A stretch of 64,000 nucleotides of DNA from Bacilli bacterium (GTDB lineage: Bacteria; Bacillota_I; Bacilli_A; RF39; UBA660). The translations under genes and the position numbers were made by a program. The notes beneath the pieces were generated by a model. That model did not search any database, was not told the origin of the DNA, and saw only the letters and a program-made list of their open reading frames with translations. How positions within the stretch are numbered: position 1 is the stretch's first letter; each line of letters begins with the position of its first letter. Of this stretch, positions 39,934 through 50,577 are shown piece after piece. The DNA is taken from contig JAFQTN010000002.1 of the NCBI GenBank assembly GCA_017409025.1, positions 43,967 to 107,966 on the forward strand, read 5' to 3'.

Positions 39934-41118
39934 TTATACTTCTTTTACAATTAATATCTGTCCTATAGAAAGAATATTATTTTCTAAATTATTTAATCTT
40001 TTAATTTTATCAACTGTAGTATTAAATTCTCTAGCAATAGAATATATCGTATCACCTTTCTTTACTACATAAGTCGTATCATCTTCTATAGGTATTATCA
40101 ATTTTTGACCAACATTAAGTAGATTATTAGTAAGTTCATTATATTCCTTTAATTTATTTACTGATATATCAAACTTTTTAGCTATCGAATATAGTGTATC
40201 CCCCTTTTCTACTACATAAGTATTTACTAAAGATAAGCCACTAGGTACATTAAGCAATTGACCTACTGCTAAATCATTATTAGTTAAATTATTAATTGTT
40301 TTAAGTTCATTAACACTAATATTATATTTTTTTGCTATAGAATATAGTGTATCTCCTGCTTTTACCTGATATAATTCAGTATCTCCTATATCAACAACTT
40401 TTGTTGGTATTTTTAATATTTGACCTATTTTCAACACATTTGTTGATAAATTATTAATTTCTTTTAATTCAGAAACCGAAGTATCTAATTTATTAGCTAT
40501 TGAATATAATGTATCTCCTGCAACTACCTTATATGTATCAGTAGTAACTGTCTCTGGTGCCGTATATGGAACATTTTTATATTCTAACACAGACTTAATA
40601 ACAGCCTCAGCTAACTCTTTATAATTATCTTTAAGAAAAGCTACATCAGAAGCATTATCAATAAAACCATACTCTACTATAACAGGTTCAGTATTTCCAG
40701 TATTTCTATGCATAAAATAATAATCTTTAGTAGAATTACTAGGTAATCTTCTCTGATATACACGTCTTGTATTTTGACCTGTATCACCAATATTATTTAA
40801 TATAGTATTTGCTAATTTAGAATCATTTCTAAGTGCATATATTATTTCAGCACCATCGCCGCCTCCCGCATTCAAGTGATTAGATATAACCACCACATCA
40901 GGGTCATTTCCAAAAAAAGAAAGCACTCTATTAACTCTAGCAGTAGGCTCCAACGTAACATCACTATCTCTTGTCAAATAAACTGGAACTCCAAGTTCCC
41001 TAAACCTATCATACATATATCTACTAATTTGTAAATTATAATCTTTTTCTAATATATCACTCCCAACTGCACCACTATCAACACCACCATGTCCTGGATC
41101 TATCACAACTTTTGCCAT
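39934..41118 (-). CDS. N-acetylmuramoyl-L-alanine amidase (Amidase_3) with four C-terminal LysM repeats
   Basis: 394 aa. N-terminal MAKVVIDPGHGGVDSGAVG, then four repeats of the form Y.V..GDTLYSIA.K......L...N.L.....L.V(G)Q.L..P. Confidence 0.85.
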   Translation of the reverse strand: MAKVVIDPGHGGVDSGAVGSDILEKDYNLQISRYMYDRFRELGVPVYLTRDSDVTLEPTARVNRVLSFFGNDPDVVVISNHLNAGGGDGAEIIYALRNDSKLANTILNNIGDTGQNTRRVYQRRLPSNSTKDYYFMHRNTGNTEPVIVEYGFIDNASDVAFLKDNYKELAEAVIKSVLEYKNVPYTAPETVTTDTYKVVAGDTLYSIANKLDTSVSELKEINNLSTNVLKIGQILKIPTKVVDIGDTELYQVKAGDTLYSIAKKYNISVNELKTINNLTNNDLAVGQLLNVPSGLSLVNTYVVEKGDTLYSIAKKFDISVNKLKEYNELTNNLLNVGQKLIIPIEDDTTYVVKKGDTIYSIAREFNTTVDKIKRLNNLENNILSIGQILIVKEV

Positions 41119-41289
41119 TTTATCACTCCTACATTAGTATATTCAAAGAATAAAAAAAGGTAATTAATACCTTTTAAATATAAATCATTTTTCAAATATA
41201 TAAACTAATTTTTAATTTTATAATTATTGATTGATTGATTTTATAAGTATAATTATGATAAAGTAAAATATATAAAGGTGAGATAAAAA

Positions 41290-41991
41290 ATGAATAAAAC
41301 AAACGCAGAAAAAATTTTAAAATATTGTGAAAATTTATCAAAAATAAAGATAGATTCATTTAAAAACTATAGAATAATAAATCCTTATAAAGACAATAAG
41401 GAACAAATTAAATTGATTACCACAAAATTTTATAATAAGTATTATAATGACGGTAAAAAAAGAAGATTAATTCTAGGAAGTAATCCTGCTAGAAGAGCAA
41501 CAGCTATTACAGGAATTCCATTTGAAGATGCAGTACATCTACAACAAGAAACTGGAATATTTATTAGTAATTACTATATTAACAAATCTTCCTCTAACTT
41601 TCTTTATGATGTAATAAAAGAATATGGAGGATGCAATAATTTTTATAATGAATTTTATATGAATTTTATATTTCCATTAGGAATAGCCAAAATTAATTCT
41701 GATGGTAGTGAAAAAAATTGCAATTATTATGAAATTAAAGGATTTGAAAAAAAGTTATATAAATATATAGTTGAATCAATTAAAGAAATAGTAAAATTTA
41801 ATATAGATACTTCTGTCTGCTATTGTATTGGTAGTGGAAAAAACTATGAATTTTTATTAAAAATAAACAAAGAATACAATTTTTTCCAAAAAATTATCGC
41901 TTTAGAACACCCACGATTTATAATGCAATACAATTCGAAAAACAAAGAATTATATTTAAAAAAATACTTAAACGCATTAATGATTAAATAA
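41290..41991 (+). CDS. Hypothetical protein, possibly with a uracil-DNA-glycosylase-like fold (weak support)
   Basis: 233 aa. RLILGSNPARRATAITGIPFED loosely resembles the motif-A region of UDG-superfamily proteins. The call is tentative. Confidence 0.3.
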   Translation: MNKTNAEKILKYCENLSKIKIDSFKNYRIINPYKDNKEQIKLITTKFYNKYYNDGKKRRLILGSNPARRATAITGIPFEDAVHLQQETGIFISNYYINKSSSNFLYDVIKEYGGCNNFYNEFYMNFIFPLGIAKINSDGSEKNCNYYEIKGFEKKLYKYIVESIKEIVKFNIDTSVCYCIGSGKNYEFLLKINKEYNFFQKIIALEHPRFIMQYNSKNKELYLKKYLNALMIK

Positions 41992-42015
41992 AAAGGTATC
42001 AAAATACCTTTTTAT
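41991..42015. terminator. Bidirectional hairpin terminator
   Basis: AAAAGGTAT-caaa-ATACCTTTTT. Confidence 0.55.
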
Positions 42016-42035
42016 TTAATAATTTATATGGTTAA

Positions 42036-42533
42036 TTAATATTTCCTTATATATATATTTCTAATTCCCCTAGTAAATTTTCTTGTTCCCAACAATTTAA
42101 AATTATCTTGTAATAAATTCCTAATTGAATATGTATTATCGGGATGAATTGTTCCAATAGCATATTTATATCCTAATTTGATACAATAATCATCTAACTC
42201 ATTTAACATTTGATATTGCAACCTATTACCTACATATTTAGGATTTACAAACATTGGACCATAATCCACTACCTCATGATAATCTAAATTTATCCCAAAT
42301 TTATTTAAATCCTTTTCTGTACTAGGTATTAGCATCATAGAACAAACCGGTTCGTCATCTAAATAATAAACCCATATTATTGTATTAACACTTAGCATAC
42401 TTAATAAATCTTCTTTGGTAAAATCACCTAACCACTCAGGAAATTCCATGTTTTGTTTTACTAATTCTCTAAACTTTATATATTCATCAATATTTATATT
42501 TTTATTAATACATTTTAAATCTGTTAATTTCAT
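42036..42533 (-). CDS. GNAT-family N-acetyltransferase (probable)
   Basis: 165 aa. Its size and pattern (conserved Y.VNP.Y.G..LQYQML..L..Y....G...A) are consistent with a GNAT fold, but no acetyl-CoA motif is certain. Confidence 0.45.
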   Translation of the reverse strand: MKLTDLKCINKNINIDEYIKFRELVKQNMEFPEWLGDFTKEDLLSMLSVNTIIWVYYLDDEPVCSMMLIPSTEKDLNKFGINLDYHEVVDYGPMFVNPKYVGNRLQYQMLNELDDYCIKLGYKYAIGTIHPDNTYSIRNLLQDNFKLLGTRKFTRGIRNIYIRKY

Positions 42534-42620
42534 AAAATCTCCCTCCTTATAACAAAAGTATTATTCTTACAGTTTACTATTTCAATTGCGATAAAAAACA
42601 TATTTTTTTAATAATAATTA

Positions 42621-43160
42621 TCACAATTTACTAAAATCAATCTTTAGTTCATTACACAACATTCTAAGAGAACTATATAGAATTCCATAGTTTAAATCTT
42701 TTAGTATCTCTTCCTTAGTATAATAAAAACTAGCCTTTAATATCATACGCTTAGTTATTGAAAAACATTTTAATATAGGTATATCACGTAATCTTAACAA
42801 TTTAACATTACCCAAAGCCGTTTTACAATAAATTAGTTTACAAGATAAATTACTTGATGGACATCCCCTATCTGTAACAATTGGACAATGCCTACAACAA
42901 CCATTCGTATGTCCCACTCCATCTCTTCTTTGTGCTATACATTGACCATTTTCAAATCGACACAAATCATTTGAATAATATTTGTTAATATATTTAACTC
43001 CCTCATCATATACATATTCTATTCTTTGTTTTTTATTTTTAATATTAAGTGCCTTAGCAACAGTATCTAAATCTTTATCATTAGTATAAAAAAACACACC
43101 ATTAAACAAAAAACTACGATATAAAAATAAAAATCTTGTACTCTTTACTTCTACCTTCAT
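42621..43160 (-). CDS. Hypothetical Cys-rich protein, possibly metal- or Fe-S-binding
   Basis: The ORF-track start is 43235, but the probable start is MKVEVKSTRF at ~43160. It carries a cluster CRFENGQC...GCCRHCP...GCP...C...C of 9 Cys within ~50 aa. Confidence 0.4.
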   Translation of the reverse strand: MKVEVKSTRFLFLYRSFLFNGVFFYTNDKDLDTVAKALNIKNKKQRIEYVYDEGVKYINKYYSNDLCRFENGQCIAQRRDGVGHTNGCCRHCPIVTDRGCPSSNLSCKLIYCKTALGNVKLLRLRDIPILKCFSITKRMILKASFYYTKEEILKDLNYGILYSSLRMLCNELKIDFSKL

Positions 43161-43243
43161 ATATACTTCCCTCAAACTAATTGTATAATAACTAAAACTT
43201 AAAATCAATAAAAAACGCAACATACAAAATGTCACGTTTATAA

Positions 43244-44764
43244 TTATTTATCTTTTGGATATACCAATGTATCATTATAAAATTCAGATTTCATTGCTAA
43301 TTCACTATGAAATACATCAATACCATATTTTTCAGCAAGTGTTTGCTTGTCAGAAAATAAATTAGTACCAATACCTAGTCTATCGCTAGAAACATTAGCA
43401 CCAATTGATGCCAAAGTAGAAGGAAACATATCTAATGTAGTAAATACTCTATTCTTAGTATTTTCAGTTGTTACTGAAGAATTAATAAATACATTATAAA
43501 TAGTTCTAGTATAAGTAGGACTAAGAGTAGCAAAGAAATCAGCATCCATAGTTAAATGGTCTCCTACTAAAACAATCGCAGTATTTTTATAAAAATCTTG
43601 TTCCTTAATCCACTCAACAAATTCATATACCATCTTACTACCACACGCAATTACATTAGAATATTGATCATCATACTTAGTTTCACATCCATAAGACATA
43701 TAACCATCCTCAAAATGAGTATCAACTGTTAATAACGTAAAATTAAATGGTTCCTCTTGACTAGCTAATTCTAAAATTTCATCCTTAGCCCAATCATATA
43801 AATTTTTATCTTCAAATCCCCACCATACTCTATCTTCTTCAGTCATTTTACCATCTTTAATAGCGGTATTTACATCGTATATTTCATAACCACCATGAGA
43901 AACAAAATAATTTTCTCTACCACCAAATGAAGCTTCTGAGCCTACCATAAGTTTTTGATTATAGCCATGTTCTCTTAAAATATCACCAAGAGTATAAACA
44001 CCAGGTAAAAATGAAACATATTTTCCATATGCATTTCCATCAATACTTAATTTAAGTGGTAACCCACTAGTTTGTGCAACCATTGCAGCAACAGTCCAAG
44101 TAGTTCCTGGAACAGCCTGTGCTCCACCCAATTTATCAGTATGAGAAAAACTAATATTGTCATTAGCTAACTTAGTTAATTCAGGTATTAAATCAACATT
44201 TTGAGTACCACCATTACTATAAGAAGTATATGAAGACTCCATTGACTCTAAATAAATATATATTAAATTTCTCTTACCATTTTCAAAAGAAATATTTACA
44301 TCTCTAGGATCAACATATTCTTCTTCGATTAACGTAGAAACAGTAATTTGATCTTTAATATAATCTAATATTTCTAATCTGTAAAAACAAAAAATTAAAG
44401 AAATTACCAAAACCAAAAATACCGCCAAAAACTTTAAGCCCCCATGAAATGGATACACCATCTTTTTAAATTGAAATTTCTTTATTTTTAAATCAACTTC
44501 CATACCAATTTCATTTTCTCTAATTAACAATATATATAATATTGCCGTAGAAACAAGTGAAGGTAATAATACTTCTAATATAAAATTATAAATAATCGAA
44601 ATATTCATTCCTTCCTGTGGAACTAACATCGTAAATACTATTTCTTCCATAGTTACAATTCCAAATGTATTTAATGTCCATATCGTAGCAAAAAGAATCA
44701 CTGATGAAAGAAACAATACAAATGTCCCAAAATTATTTGCTAGTTTTCTTTTCATTTCCATCAC
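43244..44764 (-). CDS. LTA-synthase-family protein (a membrane-anchored sulfatase or phosphoglycerol transferase, LtaS-like)
   Basis: 506 aa. Five N-terminal TM helices and an extracellular alkaline-phosphatase-superfamily domain (IYLESMESSYTSYSNGGTQNVDLIPEL; Thr nucleophile region). Confidence 0.75.
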   Translation of the reverse strand: MMEMKRKLANNFGTFVLFLSSVILFATIWTLNTFGIVTMEEIVFTMLVPQEGMNISIIYNFILEVLLPSLVSTAILYILLIRENEIGMEVDLKIKKFQFKKMVYPFHGGLKFLAVFLVLVISLIFCFYRLEILDYIKDQITVSTLIEEEYVDPRDVNISFENGKRNLIYIYLESMESSYTSYSNGGTQNVDLIPELTKLANDNISFSHTDKLGGAQAVPGTTWTVAAMVAQTSGLPLKLSIDGNAYGKYVSFLPGVYTLGDILREHGYNQKLMVGSEASFGGRENYFVSHGGYEIYDVNTAIKDGKMTEEDRVWWGFEDKNLYDWAKDEILELASQEEPFNFTLLTVDTHFEDGYMSYGCETKYDDQYSNVIACGSKMVYEFVEWIKEQDFYKNTAIVLVGDHLTMDADFFATLSPTYTRTIYNVFINSSVTTENTKNRVFTTLDMFPSTLASIGANVSSDRLGIGTNLFSDKQTLAEKYGIDVFHSELAMKSEFYNDTLVYPKDK

Positions 44765-45089
44765 TAACTTTTCTAATTATTAATTTAAAATTAATAAATT
44801 TTCTTAAAAACTCATCTACGACAGGAACTATAATTGCCAAAACGAAAGTTATAACCGCATATTTTAAAATAAAACCGATATCATCCAAAGATACACTAAA
44901 AATAAATGGTTTATTTGCATTATATAAATATAAAACCCCAAACATAATAAGATTAATAATAACTGTATATTTCATATACGTTAAAACATAATCTTTTGTT
45001 TTCATATCCTCACCGAAAAAATCATCTTTTACTTTCAAAGCAAAACCTGCAGGAAATAAGAATAATAATAAACCTATCATAAAAACCAC
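44733..45089 (-). CDS. Small membrane protein of 118 aa whose stop overlaps the LtaS-like gene start
   Basis: Three predicted TM helices and a 32-nt overlap with the downstream gene, which suggests co-translation. Confidence 0.4.
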   Translation of the reverse strand: MVFMIGLLLFLFPAGFALKVKDDFFGEDMKTKDYVLTYMKYTVIINLIMFGVLYLYNANKPFIFSVSLDDIGFILKYAVITFVLAIIVPVVDEFLRKFINFKLIIRKVSDGNEKKTSK

Positions 45090-45115
45090 CTCCTACTAAT
45101 TATAACATTATTTTA

Positions 45116-45649
45116 TTAATTTTGTAAATTTTTATATACTTCTTTCTTATATTTTAATACTTTTTCAAATATTTTGCCATGAGATTCAGTAATTAATTTT
45201 TTATTAATTAATTCTTTTATCTGATTAGCTGACATATATTCAACATAATCGACTTCTTCGTTTTGAATATTAATTTTAGATAAATCTATATCCTTTCTTA
45301 TATAAAACATATATCTAATAGGCATATCATATAATATAAATCCTAATTCTTCTATTTTATCTTTAGATATATCTATCCCTAACTCTTCTAAAACTTCCCT
45401 TTTTATAGATTCTAACGGAGTCTCACCACTACATACATGTCCACCAGTTGAAGAATACATTCCACCCTTTTCTTGTGAAGTCTTCTGTATCAAAAACTTT
45501 CCATCACTATTCTCAATATAAATAACTGAAACAGCAATATGCTCATTATCACTAAGTTTTAAACTTTTATCCCCTCTTTGAATAACCTTTCCTGTCACAT
45601 TACCATTATTATCATAAATATCTAAATATTCCATCAATTTATCCTCCAA
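45116..45649 (-). CDS. NUDIX hydrolase
   Basis: 177 aa. Nudix box GGHVCSGETPLESIKREVLEELGI. Confidence 0.75.
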   Translation of the reverse strand: MEDKLMEYLDIYDNNGNVTGKVIQRGDKSLKLSDNEHIAVSVIYIENSDGKFLIQKTSQEKGGMYSSTGGHVCSGETPLESIKREVLEELGIDISKDKIEELGFILYDMPIRYMFYIRKDIDLSKINIQNEEVDYVEYMSANQIKELINKKLITESHGKIFEKVLKYKKEVYKNLQN

Positions 45650-45718
45650 TTTGTAAAATAAGAAAAAACTATAATGATACTCTTAACATAACATTATTAG
45701 TATCATATAGTTTTTTAA

Positions 45719-46879
45719 TTATTCACTTTTTCCTAAAGTAATCGTAGCAGTCTTTTCTACTCCACCACGGTAATATACCATTGTAACTTTATCACCAACA
45801 TTATATCTAAATAATTCATATCTAAATTCTGCTAACCCACTAATATCTTCAGCACCAATTTTAATCACAATGTCACCCTTTTTAAGTCCCGCTTTATCTG
45901 CCGGAGAACCTTCTACTACTTCTATGATAGCAACACCTTCATCAATTCCGTCAGGAATAGTTATTCTATTTTGCCATAAATAATATTCTTCAGATAAATC
46001 TAACATTCCAACACCAAGATAAGGTCTTACAACTTCTCCGCCCTCTTCAATTGCACTAGCATACTCTAAAGCATCTTCAATTGGAATTGCAAATCCCATA
46101 CCTTCTACTTCATCCTGAACAATTTTTAAAGATATAATTCCTATTACTTTACCACTAACATCACAAAGTGGGCCACCAGAATTTCCTGGATTAACTGCTG
46201 CATCAAGTTGTAAAACTTTCATATAGTAATCAGTTGTATTACCAGTCAAATTAACTTCTACCATTCTATCCTTACCAGATAATATTCCTTTAGTAACAGT
46301 TCCTTTATAAGTAACTCCCATTGGAGAACCTACAGTAAATATTGTATCTCCAAGTTTAATTTCATCACTATTACCTGTTTCTACTACTTGACTAGCTTCC
46401 TTAGCATCGATTGTTAAAACAGCTATATCAGAATAAACTTCTCCACCCAATATTTTAGCATCTATTCTTTCACTCTTATCATTAAATTCTACTTCTACAG
46501 TATCTGCACTATCAATAACATGATTGTTAGTCATTATATATGCTTTATTACCATCTTTCTTATAAACAAAACCAGTTCCAGTAGAGATTTGCTTGCCATC
46601 TTTATAAGCAACAACTATAACTGTAGAACTATATACTTTATCAACAGATACTGATATACTAGTTTCTACTAATTCACTAGTAGTTATATTTTTAACTACA
46701 CTTTGAACACTAAAATTACTAACTATTAAATATGCTCCAACTGCACCACACACAAATGATAGTAAAATTGATACTACTAATATTATCCCAGTATTATTAG
46801 TATCCTTCTTTTTATTTTTCTTAACTTTATTAACTACAACTTCTTCTTTAACTAAATCTTTATCCATATTATTTTCCAT
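45719..46879 (-). CDS. htrA: HtrA/DegP-family serine protease (S1C) with a PDZ domain
   Basis: 386 aa. N-terminal TM anchor, catalytic His (NNHVI), Asp, and GNSGGPL (Ser), plus a C-terminal PDZ (GVAIIEVVEGSPADKAGLKKGDIVIKIG). Confidence 0.85.
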   Translation of the reverse strand: MENNMDKDLVKEEVVVNKVKKNKKKDTNNTGIILVVSILLSFVCGAVGAYLIVSNFSVQSVVKNITTSELVETSISVSVDKVYSSTVIVVAYKDGKQISTGTGFVYKKDGNKAYIMTNNHVIDSADTVEVEFNDKSERIDAKILGGEVYSDIAVLTIDAKEASQVVETGNSDEIKLGDTIFTVGSPMGVTYKGTVTKGILSGKDRMVEVNLTGNTTDYYMKVLQLDAAVNPGNSGGPLCDVSGKVIGIISLKIVQDEVEGMGFAIPIEDALEYASAIEEGGEVVRPYLGVGMLDLSEEYYLWQNRITIPDGIDEGVAIIEVVEGSPADKAGLKKGDIVIKIGAEDISGLAEFRYELFRYNVGDKVTMVYYRGGVEKTATITLGKSE

Positions 46880-46891
46880 TTTTATTCACCT

Positions 46892-47827
46892 CTACATATC
46901 AATTATATCCATATAATTTTTAGGAACACCCATTGTATCTAATATCTTCTCAACAGGTATTGAATCTATCATTCCATCTAACTTTTCAAGTTCATATTCA
47001 AATTCTTTTAACATAAGTCTAAATTCATCTGCTTCAAGCAAACATTTAAACATTATTATTACTGCAAATATATCATTCTTACCATATATATATTCTTCAT
47101 CCATTTTAAAAATATTAAGTTTCTTATGATATTCAGTATCAGGAATCTGCCTTTCAGTTTTATGATCAAAAACAATATCTTCATGTGCACATAAATTTCT
47201 ATAATTAGACAAAATTGGTAAAAAGTCCTCTAAATACTCAACAGAAACGCCAAATATTGATGCTATTTCTAACTTATCTTCATCTTTTAATATAGAATAT
47301 AACTCACATAATATACCAAAAGATAAAACTTTAACTAATATCCATAAAGGAATGTATCCATAATTTCTAGTATAATGCATCGTAGCGCTATGTTTCGTAG
47401 CATTGATTCTTATTTGTCTTTTCATCTTATCAATTACATCTTTAACTCTTCTTCTTTTCTCAGGATTCTGAGTAAAGTTCTTATAGTTTAAATAATCTCT
47501 TTCTTTATAACCATATTTCTTAGATAATTGATAAGAAATAATTGATTTTAATCTATTCTCTATAATTAAAAGATTTTTAAAAAATATATTTCTAGAATAT
47601 CTATCAAATAAAAATAAAGAATATAATTCATCAAAAGTAGCCCCAGTAACAAAAGTTCTATCCGAAGCAGAATTCATAAATAAATGTCTATAGCCATTCA
47701 AAAAGAAATAATTCTCCTTAAGTAATATATTCTCTGCCTTATTAACATCATCAATTATTAACCCTTTATTCCTTAATATCTCTACTTGTTGACTAATCGT
47801 TTTAAAATCCTTAATCACTAGTATCAC
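46892..47827 (-). CDS. Abortive-infection protein of the Abi_2 family (AbiD/AbiF-like) with a C-terminal HEPN motif
   Basis: 311 aa. N-terminal FKTISQQVEILRNKGLIIDDVNKAENILLKENYFFLNGYRHLF is the hallmark Abi_2 N-terminus. RNLCAH (Rx4H) is at the C-terminal domain. Confidence 0.7.
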   Translation of the reverse strand: MILVIKDFKTISQQVEILRNKGLIIDDVNKAENILLKENYFFLNGYRHLFMNSASDRTFVTGATFDELYSLFLFDRYSRNIFFKNLLIIENRLKSIISYQLSKKYGYKERDYLNYKNFTQNPEKRRRVKDVIDKMKRQIRINATKHSATMHYTRNYGYIPLWILVKVLSFGILCELYSILKDEDKLEIASIFGVSVEYLEDFLPILSNYRNLCAHEDIVFDHKTERQIPDTEYHKKLNIFKMDEEYIYGKNDIFAVIIMFKCLLEADEFRLMLKEFEYELEKLDGMIDSIPVEKILDTMGVPKNYMDIIDM

Positions 47828-48035
47828 CTTAATAAATTATATCACAATTATACAAAAAAATATATAAAAAATTATTGTTATAATATGTTAAATAATGTGA
47901 TAATTTCTAAAATATAAAAGTTTTGATAAAGATATACCTTAGTATTAATTAAATTATTTTAAAATTACCCTATGGGCGAACTACAAAAAAATACTCTTAT
48001 AGTAACTTATATTATTACTACAAAAGTATTATTTA

Positions 48036-49049
48036 TTAAATTAAATTATCTCTAATCCTAACACTTATATTATCCTTATAATAAAGTTTTATCTTTACAG
48101 GATTAGTAAACTTTATAAAACCAACATCTTCAATTACTAAATCCTGATCATTACTAATATTATAAGTGCTAGATTTATAATTTAGCATTCTAATATTATT
48201 ATTTAAACTTATCTTATCCACATTTAAACTATTAGCTACATAAAAAGTCATACTAGATATATCCGTATCATAATCTATTCTACATAACTGATCTAATAAA
48301 ATACTACCATTCCCCTTAATTTGAAAAGTAATAGGTTTAATTTCTTTCTTAGAATTTAATCTCTTGATACTCTTTAAATCTAAAAAATTAATAATACTAT
48401 CTTCACATACTATTCCTGGAGTATCTATAATATCTAAATTACCAATCTTAACATCTATTGTAGATAAAGTCGTAGAAGGAAAACTACTTACAGTTATCTC
48501 TCCATCTATCCCATTATAACTTTTAATCATCTCATTAATTAATGTAGATTTACCACTATTAGTACTTCCCACAAAATATATTTTCTTACCCTTACCAATT
48601 TTTTCTAACTTGTTATATAAAACATCTAAATTAACTTTTTTAAAAGCACTAACTACTACTACATCTTTTATATTATATATAGTTGACACATAGTTAACTA
48701 TTTTTTCATTCTTAACAGATTTAGGCAAAATATCTCTTTTAGTAAGAACTAATAAGATATTTTTAAATCTCTTTACATAGTCTAGATTCAATGTTAGTAA
48801 ACTAGAAACGTAAACTACTAAATCATTATCACTTATATTATTAAATATTTTAAGATAATCTTCATTACCTGTTAAAATCACTTTATTTTGCCCATAATTT
48901 TTTATCTTAAAACATCTCTCACATAATCTATGATCACTACTAGATATATAACCATCCATTAACTTATTTTCTTCTTGTAATATAATTCCACAACCAATAC
49001 ACTTCTTATTCATAATATTTACCCTTTTTAAGTATCCCCATTTTAGCAA
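48036..49049 (-). CDS. yqeH: Ribosome biogenesis GTPase YqeH
   Basis: 337 aa. N-terminal zinc ribbon CIGCGIILQ...CERCF, then a circularly permuted GTPase with P-loop GSTNSGKSTLIN. Confidence 0.85.
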   Translation of the reverse strand: MLKWGYLKRVNIMNKKCIGCGIILQEENKLMDGYISSSDHRLCERCFKIKNYGQNKVILTGNEDYLKIFNNISDNDLVVYVSSLLTLNLDYVKRFKNILLVLTKRDILPKSVKNEKIVNYVSTIYNIKDVVVVSAFKKVNLDVLYNKLEKIGKGKKIYFVGSTNSGKSTLINEMIKSYNGIDGEITVSSFPSTTLSTIDVKIGNLDIIDTPGIVCEDSIINFLDLKSIKRLNSKKEIKPITFQIKGNGSILLDQLCRIDYDTDISSMTFYVANSLNVDKISLNNNIRMLNYKSSTYNISNDQDLVIEDVGFIKFTNPVKIKLYYKDNISVRIRDNLI

Positions 49050-49527
49050 ACTTTTTAAATTTGCCCTTTTCTCTAAATCTTAAAAATTTTGTCCAAAACA
49101 TATCATCTTTAGACATAGGATTAACCAACACTGTTTTAATCCCTACTCTATTACCACATAAAATATCAGTATATAATTGATCCCCAATAATAACAACATT
49201 AGATAAATCATACTTAAATAACTTCATTATTTTTAAAAGTTTTTTAGTACTAGGTTTCCTAGACTTTGCAGAACAATCAACCCTTAAAGCATTCTTAAAT
49301 GGCATAATTCTCTTTTTCGTAGCATTAGAAAATATTATTACCTTAAAATCCATATCTTTTAATGTTTCAAATAAATCTATAAGTTTCTTATTAGGTTCCT
49401 TATCCTTATAAGGTATACATGTATTATCTAAATCAAATAATATACACTTTATCCCATCTTCTTTTAATTTATCGTAATCTATATGATAAATACTCTTTTG
49501 ATACATATCAGGAATAAAATTATCCAT
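49006..49527 (-). CDS. yqeG: YqeG-family HAD phosphatase
   Basis: 173 aa. HAD motif I ILFDLDNTC. It is immediately upstream of yqeH, the conserved yqeG-yqeH order. Confidence 0.8.
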   Translation of the reverse strand: MDNFIPDMYQKSIYHIDYDKLKEDGIKCILFDLDNTCIPYKDKEPNKKLIDLFETLKDMDFKVIIFSNATKKRIMPFKNALRVDCSAKSRKPSTKKLLKIMKLFKYDLSNVVIIGDQLYTDILCGNRVGIKTVLVNPMSKDDMFWTKFLRFREKGKFKKFAKMGILKKGKYYE

Positions 49528-49534
49528 ATCACAC

Positions 49535-50518
49535 CTACCTATATAATCCTATTTTTATTCTCATATCCTCATATTTTTTATTAGCAATTTTTCTTACTTT
49601 ATTAGCGCCATCATCAAGAACTTCCTGTAATTTACCACTCTCAATGATATTTTTATATCTCTCTTGTACCCCTGTCAAAAATTCACATACTCTATCTGCT
49701 ACGCATCTTTTAAATTCACCATAATTAGAATTAACAAACTTCTCTTCAATATCACTAATAGATTCTCCTGATAAAGAAGAATATATATTAATTAAATTAG
49801 ATATTCCTGGTTTATTTTCCATATCAAATTTAACACACATCTCACTATCAGTAGTAGCACTCATAATTTTCTTTCTAGCAACATTTATATCGTCCAAAAG
49901 TCCTATAACACCTTTAGGATTTTCTTCTGTCTTACTCATCTTCTTAGTTGGATCTACTAAGTCCATAATCTTTGTACCTACCGTAGTAATTACAGGTTCC
50001 GGAATGACAAAAGTTTCTCCATATTTTTTATTAAATCTACTGGCAATGTCTCTAGTTAATTCAACATGTTGCTTTTGATCTATCCCAACAGGAACATAAT
50101 CAGCATCTACTACTAAAATATCAGACGCCATTAACACCGGATAAGTAAGTAATCCCGCACTAAAATTAGCATGTTTCTTACTCTTTTCCTTAAACTGAAT
50201 CATTCTAGATAATTCACCATAATAAGTATTACATTCAAGTAACCAAGAAATTGAAGGAATATATTCTATATCTGATTGTAAATATATAATATTTTTCTCT
50301 GGATCAATTCCACAAGCTAAATATAATGCTATAAAATCTCTAATATTTTTATGTAACTCTTCTCTATCATTGGGAACTGTTATTGCATGCATATCAGCAA
50401 CAAATAAATAAGATTCATACTTATCTTGATTATCCACCATTTGTTTAATAGAACCTATATAATTACCAAGAGTTAAATTGCCCGTAGGTTTAAGCCCCGT
50501 TAACATTGTTTTTTTCAT
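49535..50518 (-). CDS. trpS: Tryptophan--tRNA ligase
   Basis: 327 aa. Class I HIGH-like motif TGNLTLGNY and KMSKT-like KMSKT (TKKMSKTEEN). Confidence 0.9.
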   Translation of the reverse strand: MKKTMLTGLKPTGNLTLGNYIGSIKQMVDNQDKYESYLFVADMHAITVPNDREELHKNIRDFIALYLACGIDPEKNIIYLQSDIEYIPSISWLLECNTYYGELSRMIQFKEKSKKHANFSAGLLTYPVLMASDILVVDADYVPVGIDQKQHVELTRDIASRFNKKYGETFVIPEPVITTVGTKIMDLVDPTKKMSKTEENPKGVIGLLDDINVARKKIMSATTDSEMCVKFDMENKPGISNLINIYSSLSGESISDIEEKFVNSNYGEFKRCVADRVCEFLTGVQERYKNIIESGKLQEVLDDGANKVRKIANKKYEDMRIKIGLYR

Positions 50519-50577
50519 AAATATCCCTCATTTCATTACATAAATTATATATTATTTTAAAGATAAAGTAAAGACAA

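Noticed and set aside
41225-41245. gattgattgatt microsatellite in the divergent intergenic region between the amidase and the 41290 gene
   Set aside because: It is only ~3.5 copies of a 4-mer in AT-rich promoter DNA, too short to call a repeat feature or phase-variation tract without population data.
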